Assembly (NCBI RefSeq): GCF_006345805.1
Contig: NW_021833030.1
Coordinates: 1 to 64,000 of the forward strand
Reading direction: 5' to 3'
DNA length: 64,000 nucleotides
Source of the DNA: Octopus sinensis
Taxonomy: Eukaryota
A model generated the notes under the pieces. That model made no database searches. It saw nothing but the letters and a program-made list of their open reading frames with translations, and was not told where the DNA came from. Position 1 is the first letter of the stretch. Each line of letters starts with the position of its first letter. Both the position numbers and the translations under genes were made by a program. Below are positions 52,940 through 64,000 of the stretch, in pieces.

Positions 52940-53353
52940 GGATCTTTTCGGTTTGAACGGCAGTTTTTTAAAATAATTTCCACGTAACTAAAATATTTTA
53001 GATTTCGTATACTGGTAGAATGTGTTTATAAAACATCCTTTTCTCTTGGCTTTATTGAGAAAATTCTATAGTTTGTAAGATATTTGTTGTTTTTTCTTCA
53101 ATTTCTGCAATTTCAACCAATCATTGACGTCTATTGAGGTGAAAATATTCTGTGCCGTTTGAAAATGTACCTCGTTTAAGAAACAGATTGGGTTTATTTA
53201 CATTTCTGCAGAAAAAAAGATACCCTTCCCCCACCCCTAACCCTAACTCTAAAAGAGATTGAAATGCAATAGATCGATACTAGGGTCGTAATTATGGGTG
53301 ACAATTTCATATGACACCGCTAGAAAAAACTGCCGTTCAAACAGAAAAGTTCC
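52940..53353. mobile_element. Second long MITE copy, in opposite orientation
   Basis: Same TIRs (2 mismatches at the right end); TSD AGAGATGT / ATAGATGT. Confidence 0.93.
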
Positions 53354-53852
53354 ATAGATGTTACCTAGCTCAAGGTCAGTTCTAGATCGATCAGGCCAAA
53401 GGAACATAGGTAGTCGACTGGACAAAAACGCCAGGTTGCATTCGAACACATTTTTGCTGCTCTTTCTAGGAGGGCTGTGTCGTCCTAGAAACAACCACAT
53501 TAGATCACGTTTTCTCATTGGGATTAACCACATTGGAATTAAGGTACTACTTAATGCTGAAAAGGTACCTAGGTATTTAAATGTGATTCCAGCCTCATTT
53601 TTCGTCCTTCTGAATAGCCGTGTGGTCAAACAGATGAGAAAATATTATTCATCAGAGTAGCCAGCACGCACCCTTCCCTGATTCCAGACTTTAAATTGAA
53701 GTATCCAGAACACAAGAATTTGGAATTTGGATGTTTAGAAGATAACTTCAAGCCAGCATCAGATGGAAATTCGAAGAAAAAAGGTTTCGAATCCGATCAT
53801 ATTGTTCAATGTTTAATGAGGAAACAATAAACCCCAGTTTCTCTTCCGGGAC
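53354..53852 (-). pseudogene. Decayed RTE-like reverse transcriptase fragment
   Basis: VPEEKLGFI..., FNLKSGIREGCVLATLMNNIFS (53638-53700; RT motif GVxQGCVLAP), DDTAL (53470-53484; LFADD equivalent) and ...FGL..., in the correct order with frameshifts. Confidence 0.75.
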
Positions 53853-53985
53853 CTGCAAATGCTCAACTATGACTGACAGCAAACACATTTCTTTTATTTG
53901 AGGATATTCTTACTCAACGAAAACGGTTCAGCGTTGCGAGAAGGAAAAAAAATGATCCACCATAGACATATTCAACTTCGTAGAT

Positions 53986-54152
53986 ATCCTCCTCCTCCTC
54001 CTCATCATCATCATCGTTATCATCATCGTCAGCATCATCATCATCGTCGTCGTCGTCGTCGTCGTCCTCCTCCTCCTCCTCCTCCTCACCCTCATCCTCC
54101 TCATCATCCTCCTCATCATCATCATCGTCATCATCATCATTATCATCGTCAG

Positions 54153-54195
<43 letters not shown>

Positions 54196-54500
54196 GTCGT
54201 CGTCGTCGTCATCATCATCATCATCATCATTACCATCATCATAACCATCATCATCCTTCTCATTATTACCATTATCACCATCTTCAATATCAGCATAACC
54301 AGCATAACCATCATCATCATCGTCGTCGTCATCGTCGTCGCCATCATCATCATCATTATCACCATTCCACCACTATCATCACTGGCACCGACAGCAGCAT
54401 TACTACCAGCCTCAACACAACCATCATCATCATCATCATCATCATCATCATTTGAATTAATATCATTATAATCGTCGTCATAATCACGACCACCACCATC
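53986..54500. repeat. (CAT)/(CGT)/(CCT) trinucleotide tract
   Basis: Direct inspection; the His-rich ORF is an artefact. Confidence 0.95.
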
Positions 54501-54955
54501 CTCAGTAGCATCATCTTCGTTTTTATTTTCTTTCCTTCTATTATGTTCTCTCATTCTGTTGTTGTTATTGTTGTTGTTGCCTCATGTTTACTTAACCGTC
54601 CACCACGACATAGTTATTGAGCTAGTAAAATTAAAAAGAAAAAAACTTTTTTTCTTCCCCTACCCTTTTCAATTCATTTCAGTGAACTCGGTTCATAAGT
54701 CTAGGCTTGTCGATCGTGTGGAAACACCTTTCAAAATACAACGTACACAGTATAAGACAAAAAAACCTGAACCCCGATCTTTTTTTTTTTGCTTTTTTGA
54801 AGAGAGGGGTTTAACGAAAACGAAAAAAGAAATGTATAGTCAAAGGTCTTTTCTTTTTCGTTTATATTTCAGCTTTAACTTTATATTTAACAATGTTTCA
54901 CAGAAAATATTGCTCCCTCTTGTTCTCTCTCTGTTTTTTTCTGTCCATTATCTGT

Positions 54956-54990
<35 letters not shown>

Positions 54991-55035
54991 ACACACTCTT
55001 CTTCTTCGCGCTCCTTCTATTATTATAATATCATT

Positions 55036-55632
55036 GTTCGTTAGCACGCCGGGTAAAATGGCTTTTCGTCCATCCTTACGTTCTGAGTTCAAATTACGCC
55101 GAGGTCGACTTTCCTTTTCATCCTTTCGGGGTCGATAAATTAAGTACTGGGGAAACAATGGACTGGGGTCAATGTAATCGACTAGTCCCCCTCTCCCCAA
55201 ATTTCAGGCCTTGTGCCTATAATTGAAAGGATTATTATATCATTATTGTTCAGGCGGCGAGCTGGCAGAATCGTTAGCACGATTTACGTTCTGAGTTCAA
55301 ACTCTGCCGAGGTCGACTTGCCTTTTTTCCTTTCGGGGTCAATGTATTTAAGTACCAGTTACGCACTGGTTTCCAAGTAATCGACTCATCCTCTCCCCCA
55401 AAATTCACGCCTTTTGCCCATAGTAGAAAGGATTATTAGAACTGTTAGCATGCCGGGTAAGACACACCGGCATTTCGTTTGTCCTTACGTTATGAGTTCA
55501 AATTCCACCGAGGTCGACTTTGATATTCAATCTTTTGGGTGGCGATAGATTAAGCACCAGTGACACACTGGGGTCGATCTAATCAGCTTATACTTTCCAC
55601 TACAATTGCTGGCCTTGTGTCAAAATCTTGAA
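55036..55632 (+). mobile_element. Three head-to-tail SINE A copies (tails A2, A2, A3)
   Basis: GTTCTGAGTTCAAA...CGAGGTCGAC occurs three times, with differing 3' tails. Confidence 0.85.
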
Positions 55633-56716
55633 ACCACTATGTACTTATCACTGCTCTGTTTTAATCCTTCATTTACAGTTTTCCTCAACAATGAAAATTA
55701 ATTCGTATACCTATTTTTTTTTTTTGGTGCTTTTTCTCCTAAATGTAATTTTCATTCTAATTTCTTCTTATCCCTCACCGGCTGTGTCTCCTTTTAAAGC
55801 TTACACTGAAGACCCACATATGACAGTGGACAGGGCTACAGTGATATAGTTGTGAAAGACCTCGCTCTCTAACCAATCTAGAAATAATAATTTTAAAAGA
55901 AAATAAAAGCCAGCAGCTAAAAAAACAAACCGGTATAGGGCCGTCCATCAGCTGGAACTTGGATCGATAAAGTCGAAAGCAAAAATCACCATTCTCTTTA
56001 AATCAACCATATTCTCCACTGCCCTTCTACCCCTCCACTTCGTTTTTATATTTGTTTCCTTCTTTTTTTTCGTTCAATTTCATTATTTCTTCCTCTGTCT
56101 GTAAACCGTTCTTTAAATTTTGCCACCATTTAATCTTTTGCTGTGTCTCGTATGCACAATATACCATTGAGCAAGCCATGAACATCTCACTCTCCCAGTT
56201 TCACGTTTCTCCTTCTATATTTCATGATTAACTTCTTTTAATCCCTGAACTGCGGTTATGCTGGGGCATCACCTGGAAGGGTTTTAGTTGAACAAATTGA
56301 CCTCGGTTGTCAGTCGGTGGGTTGGGGGTTGTTTCACACACCCACACACAAACACATGTATACATATATATATATATATAGCAATAAGAAAATGGAGGAG
56401 AACAATAGATGGTTCATCAACTTTTAGACATTATATTTTATTAACTTATTTATTTATTTATTTATGTATATATGTATGTATATATGTATGTATGTATGTA
56501 TGTACTAGAGCTCACTTTATCCAAACCATTTTAGAATTACAGTTCCTAAGATTCATCAGAAAACTGATCATTTTGCCTGGTTAACATGGGGCGAGTGTTG
56601 ATTCTAAACATCTCATCCTTCATGCTGGATAAACTCAGATATTTGAAATTTATTGGTTTTCATTATTCTGTTATCAAAATGTTACTCAGTTTTTCTTTAT
56701 TTTTCTTCTTTAGTCC

Positions 56717-56898
56717 TAAATATAGCCGCAGGAGTGGCTGTGTGGTGAGAAGCTTGCCTCCCAACCACATGGAACAGGGTTCAGCCCTTGGGTAAGTGTC
56801 TTCTACTATAACATCAGGCCGACCAAAGCATTGCGAGTGGATTTGGTAGAGGGAGACTGAAAGAAGCCCATCGTTTATATATATGTATATACACACAA

Positions 56899-56953
<55 letters not shown>

Positions 56954-57165
56954 TATATATGTATATATTTGTGTGTTTGTCTCCTCCCCACCATCGCTTG
57001 AAAACCGATATCGGTGTGTGTACCTCCCCGCAACGTAGCGGTTCAGCAAGAGAGACAGATAGAATAAGTACTAGGCTTACCAAGAATAAGTCCTCGAGTT
57101 GATTTGTTCGACTAAAGGCAGTGCTCCACCATGATCGCAGTCAAATGACCGAAACGAGTAAAATA
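56717..57165 (+). mobile_element. SINE B/C, diverged, full length
   Basis: Head, internal (TA)(CA)(TA) tract, C tail. Confidence 0.9.
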
Positions 57166-57169
57166 ATGA

Positions 57170-57239
<70 letters not shown>

Positions 57240-57439
57240 TATATAAACGGGCTTCCACACAGTTTCTGTCTCCGAAATTAACTGGGCCTGGGGTTTAGAA
57301 CACATTTTCCCAGCATGGTGCAGTAGGGTCGAACTTGCAACTACCTGATTTGTTTTAGTAAATACAATATAATAAATAGTCAACTGTCCGTTTTTAATGA
57401 TATTCGGTTGATATACTTCTGTACTATATGTAAAAGGAC

Positions 57440-57860
57440 TAAAATTTTGGAGAAGGCGGCTAGTCGATTACATCGACCCTAGTGCTCAACTAGTACTTAT
57501 TTCTTCGACCCCGAAAGAGTGAAAAGCAAAGTCGACCCTGGCGGAATTTGAACTAAGAACGTAAAGATGGACGAAGTACCGCTAAACATTATATCCGGCG
57601 TGTTAACGATTCTGCCAGCTCACCGCTTTACAATAATAATAATTATTATTTCAAATGTTTGCCACAAGGGCAGCTTGGGGGCGGTGGGGACGAGTCGATT
57701 ACATCGACCCCAGTGTTCAACTGGTACCTATTTCATCGACCCCGAAAGGACGAAAAGCAAAGTCAACCTCGACGAAATTTGAACTCACAGAGTAAAGACG
57801 GACAAAATACCGCTAAGCATTTTGTCCGGCATACTAAAGGTCCCACCAGCTAGTCACCTT
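57440..57860 (-). mobile_element. Two tandem SINE A copies
   Basis: Family match at ~57440-57630 and ~57650-57860. Confidence 0.85.
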
Positions 57861-58119
57861 ATACTTGTTTGATATTAGATCCTCATGACCACTGTTGAGA
57901 CACTTCCGCTGTCCCTTTGTCAGTTGTTCCTTCCGTTTTGGTAGTAGTTAATGTTATTTTGTTTGTTTGTGTTAGGGTCAAATATGGTAAAACCTTCTCT
58001 GATCATATCTGACGCCTACATCTCCCACCGAACGCATCATTTCACCTCCTACAATGCCTGCTGTTGTTCCTTGTGTCCTATCATTACTGACCCACCATTA
58101 CCTCTACTACAACCGACAC

Positions 58120-59300
58120 CACCACCACCACCACCACCACCACCTGCACCACCACTACCACCACCGCCACCACCATCACCATCACCACCACCACCACTAC
58201 CACAACCACAACCACCACCACAACCACCACCACAACCACCACCGCCACCACCACCAGCAACACCACCACCATCACCACCACCACAGCAACAACAACCACA
58301 ACCACAACGACAATTACCACCACCACAATCACCACCACTACCACCGTCACCATCATCGCCACCACTTGCCCTTCAGCTTCTGATACCATTCTCATGCCAT
58401 TATTGTCTTACGTCCAGAAACTTCCCCCATCCTGTTTCTCTCTATATTTTCTCCTTCTCTCTCTCTCTCTCCCTCTCAACCCCACGCCCAATGTCTTTTG
58501 TTCTCACTCTGTCACATGTCGCTTTCCCTTACTCAATATTCATCTCTCTTTTTCTCCGTCACTCACTCACTCACACTCCAAAGCTCTCTCTCTCGTACGT
58601 TCTAACTTACATATTCGTTCCCTCTCCTTCAATTATTATCTCACTCACTCTCACTTATTCTCACTCACTCAGTTACTCTCTCTCTCTCTCTCTCTCACTC
58701 TCACTCTTTCTGCCACTGCTTCTCTCTGCCCTTCTCTTTCTCTCTCTCTCTACCTCTCCCTCCCTCAGCATCTCCCTCTCTCTCTCTCTCGCTCTTTGTG
58801 CCTCTGCTTCTCTCTGCCCTTCCCTCCTCTCTCTCTGCCTCTCTCTCTCTCTCACACACTTTGTGCCTCTGCTTCTCTCTGCCCTTCTCTCTCTCTCTCT
58901 CTCTGCCTCTCTTGCTCGCTCTTGCAGTCACACTCACTGCAAGCCTCTCTCATTCTCACTCTCATGTTATCGCTCTGCCACACTCCACTGTCATTCTCTC
59001 TCTTTTTCTCACTCACACTTTGTCTCTCTCCATTTCTTTCATCTCCACTCTCGTTCACCCTCTCTTCTCTTAATCTTAATTTGATGTTTTCTTGGTCACT
59101 CACTCACACATGCGTTCACTTATTCAACTACACATCAATCTCTCTCACACATCTTTTGTCTCTCTCACTCAACCAAACACACTCCCTCTATCTCTTTGTC
59201 TTACTCTAATGCTTTCTCTCTCTCTCACTCTTCAATGCTCACTCACTCAACCACATACACACCGACACACACACTCTCTCTCTCTTTCTCTCTCTCTCTC
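58120..59300. repeat. (CCA)n tract followed by CT-rich low-complexity sequence
   Basis: Direct inspection; the 377-aa Pro/Ser/Leu ORF is a repeat translation. Confidence 0.92.
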
Positions 59301-59740
59301 TCGTCTTACTCTTAGTCATTCATCCATCCAACTTTATTCAATATCTTTTACTCTTTTGTCGGTACACTTTTTTCCATTATTGTTTTTCCTAAAATATTTT
59401 TACATTTTTTCCCGAAATCTGATTTTATTTCATTTTCAAGAAATTTCTTTTTTACCCATAATTCTAAACGTTGCGCTCCATCTGCTATTCTTCGGCTTCT
59501 CTGCTTCTTTTGTCCCATCCTGTCTGTCTCTTTCTCTCTCATAATTCTCTACATATCTCTAATTCCAGAAGCACCAATTCTTTTTCTCACTCTTTTATTC
59601 CACCATTTCTTTATAGACTTACGTTTTAAACATGTTTCACACACGGCTGTGTGGTTAAGAATCTCGCATTGCAGCCACCTCATCTTGGGTTCAGTCCCAC
59701 TGTACAGCTCCAGGGGTGTATTCCATATATATATTACATA

Positions 59741-59970
59741 AGGCGGCGAGCTGGCAGAAACGTTAGCACTCCGGGCGAAATGCGTAGCCGTATTTCGTCT
59801 GTTGTTACGTTCTGAGTTCAAATTCTGCCGAGGTCGACTTTGCCTTTCAGCCTTTCGGGGTCGATAAATAAAGTACCCAGTTTGCACTGGGGACGATGTA
59901 ATCGACTTAATCCCTTTGTCTCTCCTTGTTTGTCCCCTCTATGTTTAGCCCCTTGTGGGCAGTAAAGAAA
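59741..59970 (+). mobile_element. SINE A1 monomer, full length
   Basis: AAGGCGGCGAGCTGGCAGAAACG...GTGGGCAGTAAAGAAAT. Confidence 0.95.
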
Positions 59971-60812
59971 TGCATATTATATATACATATTTATATTTAC
60001 ACGGCTATCTACCTATGATATGTGTGTTTTAATGATATCATGTACAGCACATTTCTAAAATAAATTTGCATTACGCATTTAAATGGATATTTTATGTATT
60101 TTTTTCGTTTGCAAGATTCTTTATATGAATTCGTGTTTCGAAGCATATTTTATTGAGTCCACTTCAAACATCACACATAAACACAGCCACAAACATATGC
60201 ACTCACACACACACATCATCATCATTATCCTTATCATCATCATCAGTATCCCTCTTGCCATTTCAAATTCTTTCTCCTTTCTAACACCCGCTTTTTATTT
60301 TTGTTTTTTTGTTTCCTTTCATTTTCTATGCCTGACCTTTTTTTCACTTTTTCTTATTCTTTTCCATATTATTCTTTCTTTACAGAAAAAAAAATCCAAT
60401 TTCTTCCTTAATTCACGCTGGCCTTATTAAAACAAGATTAGTAGAAGCTCTGACAATAGCCTGCTCAATACACACATATACACATACATTTACACATACA
60501 GGCGAGCATAAACGTACATATACATGACGACGCATAGATACGCAGAGAAGCAAACGTACAACACACAAAGATTCATACACTCAAATACAAACAAATACAT
60601 TCGTCCATGAAGTGAGCTGACTCCCAACAAACGTGTACGCTCATACATTTACTCACACATACACTCACACGATTACATACGCATACATGCACACGATTAC
60701 ATAGACATAAAACTGTATACACACATGTCCTCATATATTTTTTCTCTTATGTTTCTCAATGCCACTTTTATTGTATTGTGACAGTGCTAGAGCCCTCTCT
60801 TTAAGAGATTAG

Positions 60813-60950
60813 CAGTGGTTCTTAACTGGATACATATGGCCCTTGGAAATCCATATGGCCCTCTAGAATCCATATGGCCCTCGGGAATCCATATGGCCCT
60901 CTAGAATCCATATGGCCCTTGGGATCCATATAAGATTTTGTTGTTAGAAC
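60813..60950 (+). repeat. 19-bp minisatellite (x5) downstream of a hAT-like end
   Basis: CATATGGCCC at 60833, 60852, 60871, 60890 and 60909; preceded by CAGTGGTTCTTAAC. Confidence 0.9.
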
Positions 60951-60954
60951 TTAT

Positions 60955-61190
60955 TTGCAGTTTGCTCCTTCTCGAGCCACCCCTGGCTCATTAGGGCCGG
61001 TTTCCCGGTTTCCTTGGTTTATAGGTTCCCCACCTGGACGGGACGCCGGTCCGTGGCAGGTGAGCTGCAAGGTGCAAGAGGAAAGAGTGAGAGAAAGTTG
61101 TGGCGAAAGAGTCAGCAGAAGTTCGCCATTACCTTCTGCCGGAGCCGCGCGGACCTTAGATGTTTCGCTCATAAACGCATACATCAATGC
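60955..61190 (-). mobile_element. 5'-truncated SINE, body D plus V-like tail
   Basis: CCTGCCACGGACCGGCGTCCCGTCCAGG...GAAACCGGGAAACCGGCCC. Confidence 0.8.
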
Positions 61191-61490
61191 GATTTTGGTT
61201 ATATAAGTACTATTTTGGTAATATAAGTACTAGGTTTAAGAAATAAGCCCTGGAGTCGATTTGTTTGAGTAAAACCCTTGAAGGTGGTGCTCCAGCATAG
61301 CCGCAGTCAAACGACTGAAACAAGAGAATAAAAGAAGAAAAGAATGAACAATATGCAACAGAATTAAAAAGATTGCTTCAATAAATAATGTACTAAAATG
61401 AGGCAAAACCACCTGAGTATTTAGTTAGGTTCCTTCCCTAGTTCCCTAATAAAATATTGCCACCTTTCTTCTCTGTCACGTTTGTTGTAT

Positions 61491-61770
61491 GGTATTCCGT
61501 CGGTTACGACAACAAGGGATCCGTTTGATCCGATCAACGGAAAAAACGTGTAGCCTTAATGTAGTTCTAATGGAGTATCAGCGTGACACAAAATGTGACA
61601 AGGCTGACCGTTTGAATTACACGTACTGATCAGTTTTGCCAGCTGAGTGGACTGGAACAATGCGAAATAAAGTGTCTTGTTCAAGGACAGAACGCTCCGC
61701 CGGTTTTCGAACTCATGACCTCACGATCGTGAGCTGGACACCATAACCACTAAGCCATTCGCCTTCACAC
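61491..61770 (-). mobile_element. SINE head E plus tail T (internally deleted)
   Basis: CCAGTCCACTCAGCTGGCAAAA body joined to the CAGCCTTGTCAC...GTCGTAACCGACGGA tail. Confidence 0.85.
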
Positions 61771-61833
61771 GTTTTTTGTATATTGGCTTTAAATTTTAGC
61801 GCAAGGCTAGCAACTTTTGTTGCATATTATATA

Positions 61834-62233
61834 TACTGGCAGTATTGCCCGGTGTTGCTCGGGTTTGTTTTCTTTTCGACCCTTTAGAATTGGAATTTTT
61901 GAAAAGTAAAAATTTTGCATTATGTAGCTTGTTATTCTCTTTAAGTGAACATTTTTCTGGTTGAAATACACCGTAAAATGGCGACACAGCAGCCAAAACA
62001 TCGTAAAAAAATAGGGATTTTCATAGAAAAAAAACTCGTTTTTGATGTAAATAATTTTTGGTGTTATCACGGTCCGATTTGAGTCTTTTCTTCTACGGAA
62101 GGAGGAGAAAGCCTTCCTCTATCATACACTCAATTTTGGTCAACTTGCACCGCAGGGTCTCGGAGGAGATAGTGTTAATTCAAAGCTACCAAATCTGCCA
62201 TACACAGACAACTTCAGCTTTATATATATAGAT
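61834..62233 (+). mobile_element. Second HINE-like element
   Basis: Aligns end to end with 29468-29911 apart from an indel near the 5' end. Confidence 0.75.
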
Positions 62234-62811
62234 TTAGGTTGCACGTATACCGGTTCGTTTACAAAGCATTTACCATTTATTGTTTATCGTATAATACTTT
62301 ATCTGAAAAAAAAACTAAACATTCAACAGAATATAAAAGCATTTAGTAAATCCACGAGTAAACAACGGAATGTCAGAATAAAATTCGCCAAAGAATGCTA
62401 CACACCCTTTAGAATACTAAGGTACTGTGATGACTACACTGTCTTTATATTTGTTTAAAGTATTGTATAGAACACTAAAGAATTCTGTAGAATACTTTAT
62501 TCTTACACTATGGCAACACACACACATACACACGCACACACGGACATTCACACACGGAGAACATACGTGTTATTTTTTAATTAAAATGCAAATGATTCAT
62601 GACAGAAAGTCACGAAACATTTAAATTTTAATTAAAAAATAAATAATTTGATTCGTACTTGGACAAAGCAATAACCCTTTTAATAAGTCCATTAGAAAGA
62701 AACAACAGTTCTTTTTGTTTGTCATGCGTCAACTGAATTTTAGCAGAGAAAATTACATATATATATATATGCATGTATACTTTATTTAAAAGCAGCAGAA
62801 ATATAACACAA

Positions 62812-62850
62812 GCTGTTACTCAGAGTTTCACGTTCCCGTTCGTCGGGGAG
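62812..62850 (-). ncRNA. Hammerhead-like motif of a third family (U4>C)
   Basis: CCGACGA-ACG ggaa CGU-GAAAC-UC u GA-GUA-ACAG: stem II with a GNRA loop, palindromic stem III, GUA triplet; stem I only half paired. Confidence 0.55.
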
Positions 62851-64000
62851 TTTTGTTAAAATAGAACAGAAATAACAATTTGATGAAAAATAGTTAAAGG
62901 ATACACCTTTAAAAATAGATTTGTTTCATTGGTCCTTTCAAATAACGGTGATAAATAAAACAAACAAAATATGAATTCAATATAAATTATAAATTATAAA
63001 AATCGAGGAAAAACCTTAAATCGGAGAGCGGATTCAAAATACATATTGTCATTAATTATATATTAAATATAATTCAATTAATACAATTAATACATTAAAA
63101 ATTTTAATATTTCACAACAGTATATACGCATACTAAATCATCAATAAACATATATACATAAAAATGCACAGATGGATGTACACAGACCACATACATATGC
63201 AGACATATATATGCAAGACGTAAATATATATGGTCCTTTTAACATATAAGTATTATATTTTTAAATGCCTACAAACCTAATATATTGACATCTGTAGGCA
63301 ATGTAAGTTGGATAAACTTTTGACCATAGGCTGAAACAGCTGTACGAAGTGGTTTATGGGTTTCAATAATTTATAATAGGACTTTTAAAATCTGTGTTTG
63401 TATTATTATATTATCTATTCATTTATATATTATTTTGCATGCTTTTGATGTTCTCATTTGTAAAATGAATAAATAATATAACATTGTAATATCCGTAGGT
63501 TGATGAACAAACTGAATTTGTTTCTCCATTTTCTTATTTGTATTATATATATATATATATCGAAGATACGTCTCGCTTTTATCCTTCGAAACGTAGAGTA
63601 GATGAAAGCTTTAGCGACTGAAGAAGGGGTTTTTCCTTGTGTTAATTGTCCTGTATTCTATTTTTTATGTTTTCGTTTCTCATTGTGTTCGACGTCCTTT
63701 TTGGTGTCCTGTACTCATATATGCATGTATATGTACATGTAGAGGTAGGTACGTACATATATGTTTATATATATGCATATGTTTTATTTTATCTATTAAT
63801 ATATATATATATATAATATACATATGCATGTTCAAATGTATGCTTATTGCTTTTCGTCAAATAGTTTGCACTCCTTGTATTATATACCTGATATTTTTAC
63901 CCCAATTTCTTGAGCATTTTGGTAAACTGTTCCACGAAAATACATCGTGATAATATATTTTCAGAAACATGTCATTCTCTATGTTACTCTCCGTTTTAAA

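Overview
Eukaryotic, AT-rich, essentially non-coding window. It is saturated with microsatellites and tRNA-derived SINEs. The composition and repeat families strongly suggest an octopus (cephalopod) genome; this is inference, not a database match. I find no confidently supported host exon, rRNA, true tRNA gene or CRISPR array, and almost all supplied ORFs are translations of simple repeats. Supported content: about 40 SINE copies from several modular families, which I label by my own head names A, B, D, E and tail names C, V, T, U; decayed LINE fragments (two RTE-like, one CR1/L2-like 3' end); a frameshifted Penelope GIY-YIG fragment; a short mariner transposase fragment; three GG-terminal MITEs with 8-bp TSDs (Merlin-like); two Helentron/HINE-like elements; and a piggyBac-like MITE. 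The most interesting signals are: (1) six well-formed plus three weak minimal type-I hammerhead-ribozyme motifs from at least three sequence families, including a tandem ~220-nt HHR repeat with covarying stem I (retrozyme or Penelope pLTR-like); (2) head-less SINE multimers joined at an identical self-complementary junction at two loci; (3) a near-complete head-by-tail module-swap matrix among SINEs; and (4) three TSD-less fold-backs plus inverted SINE pairs that would form long dsRNA if transcribed. All alignments and folds were done by eye, so coordinates of diverged repeats are approximate (about +/-10 bp).
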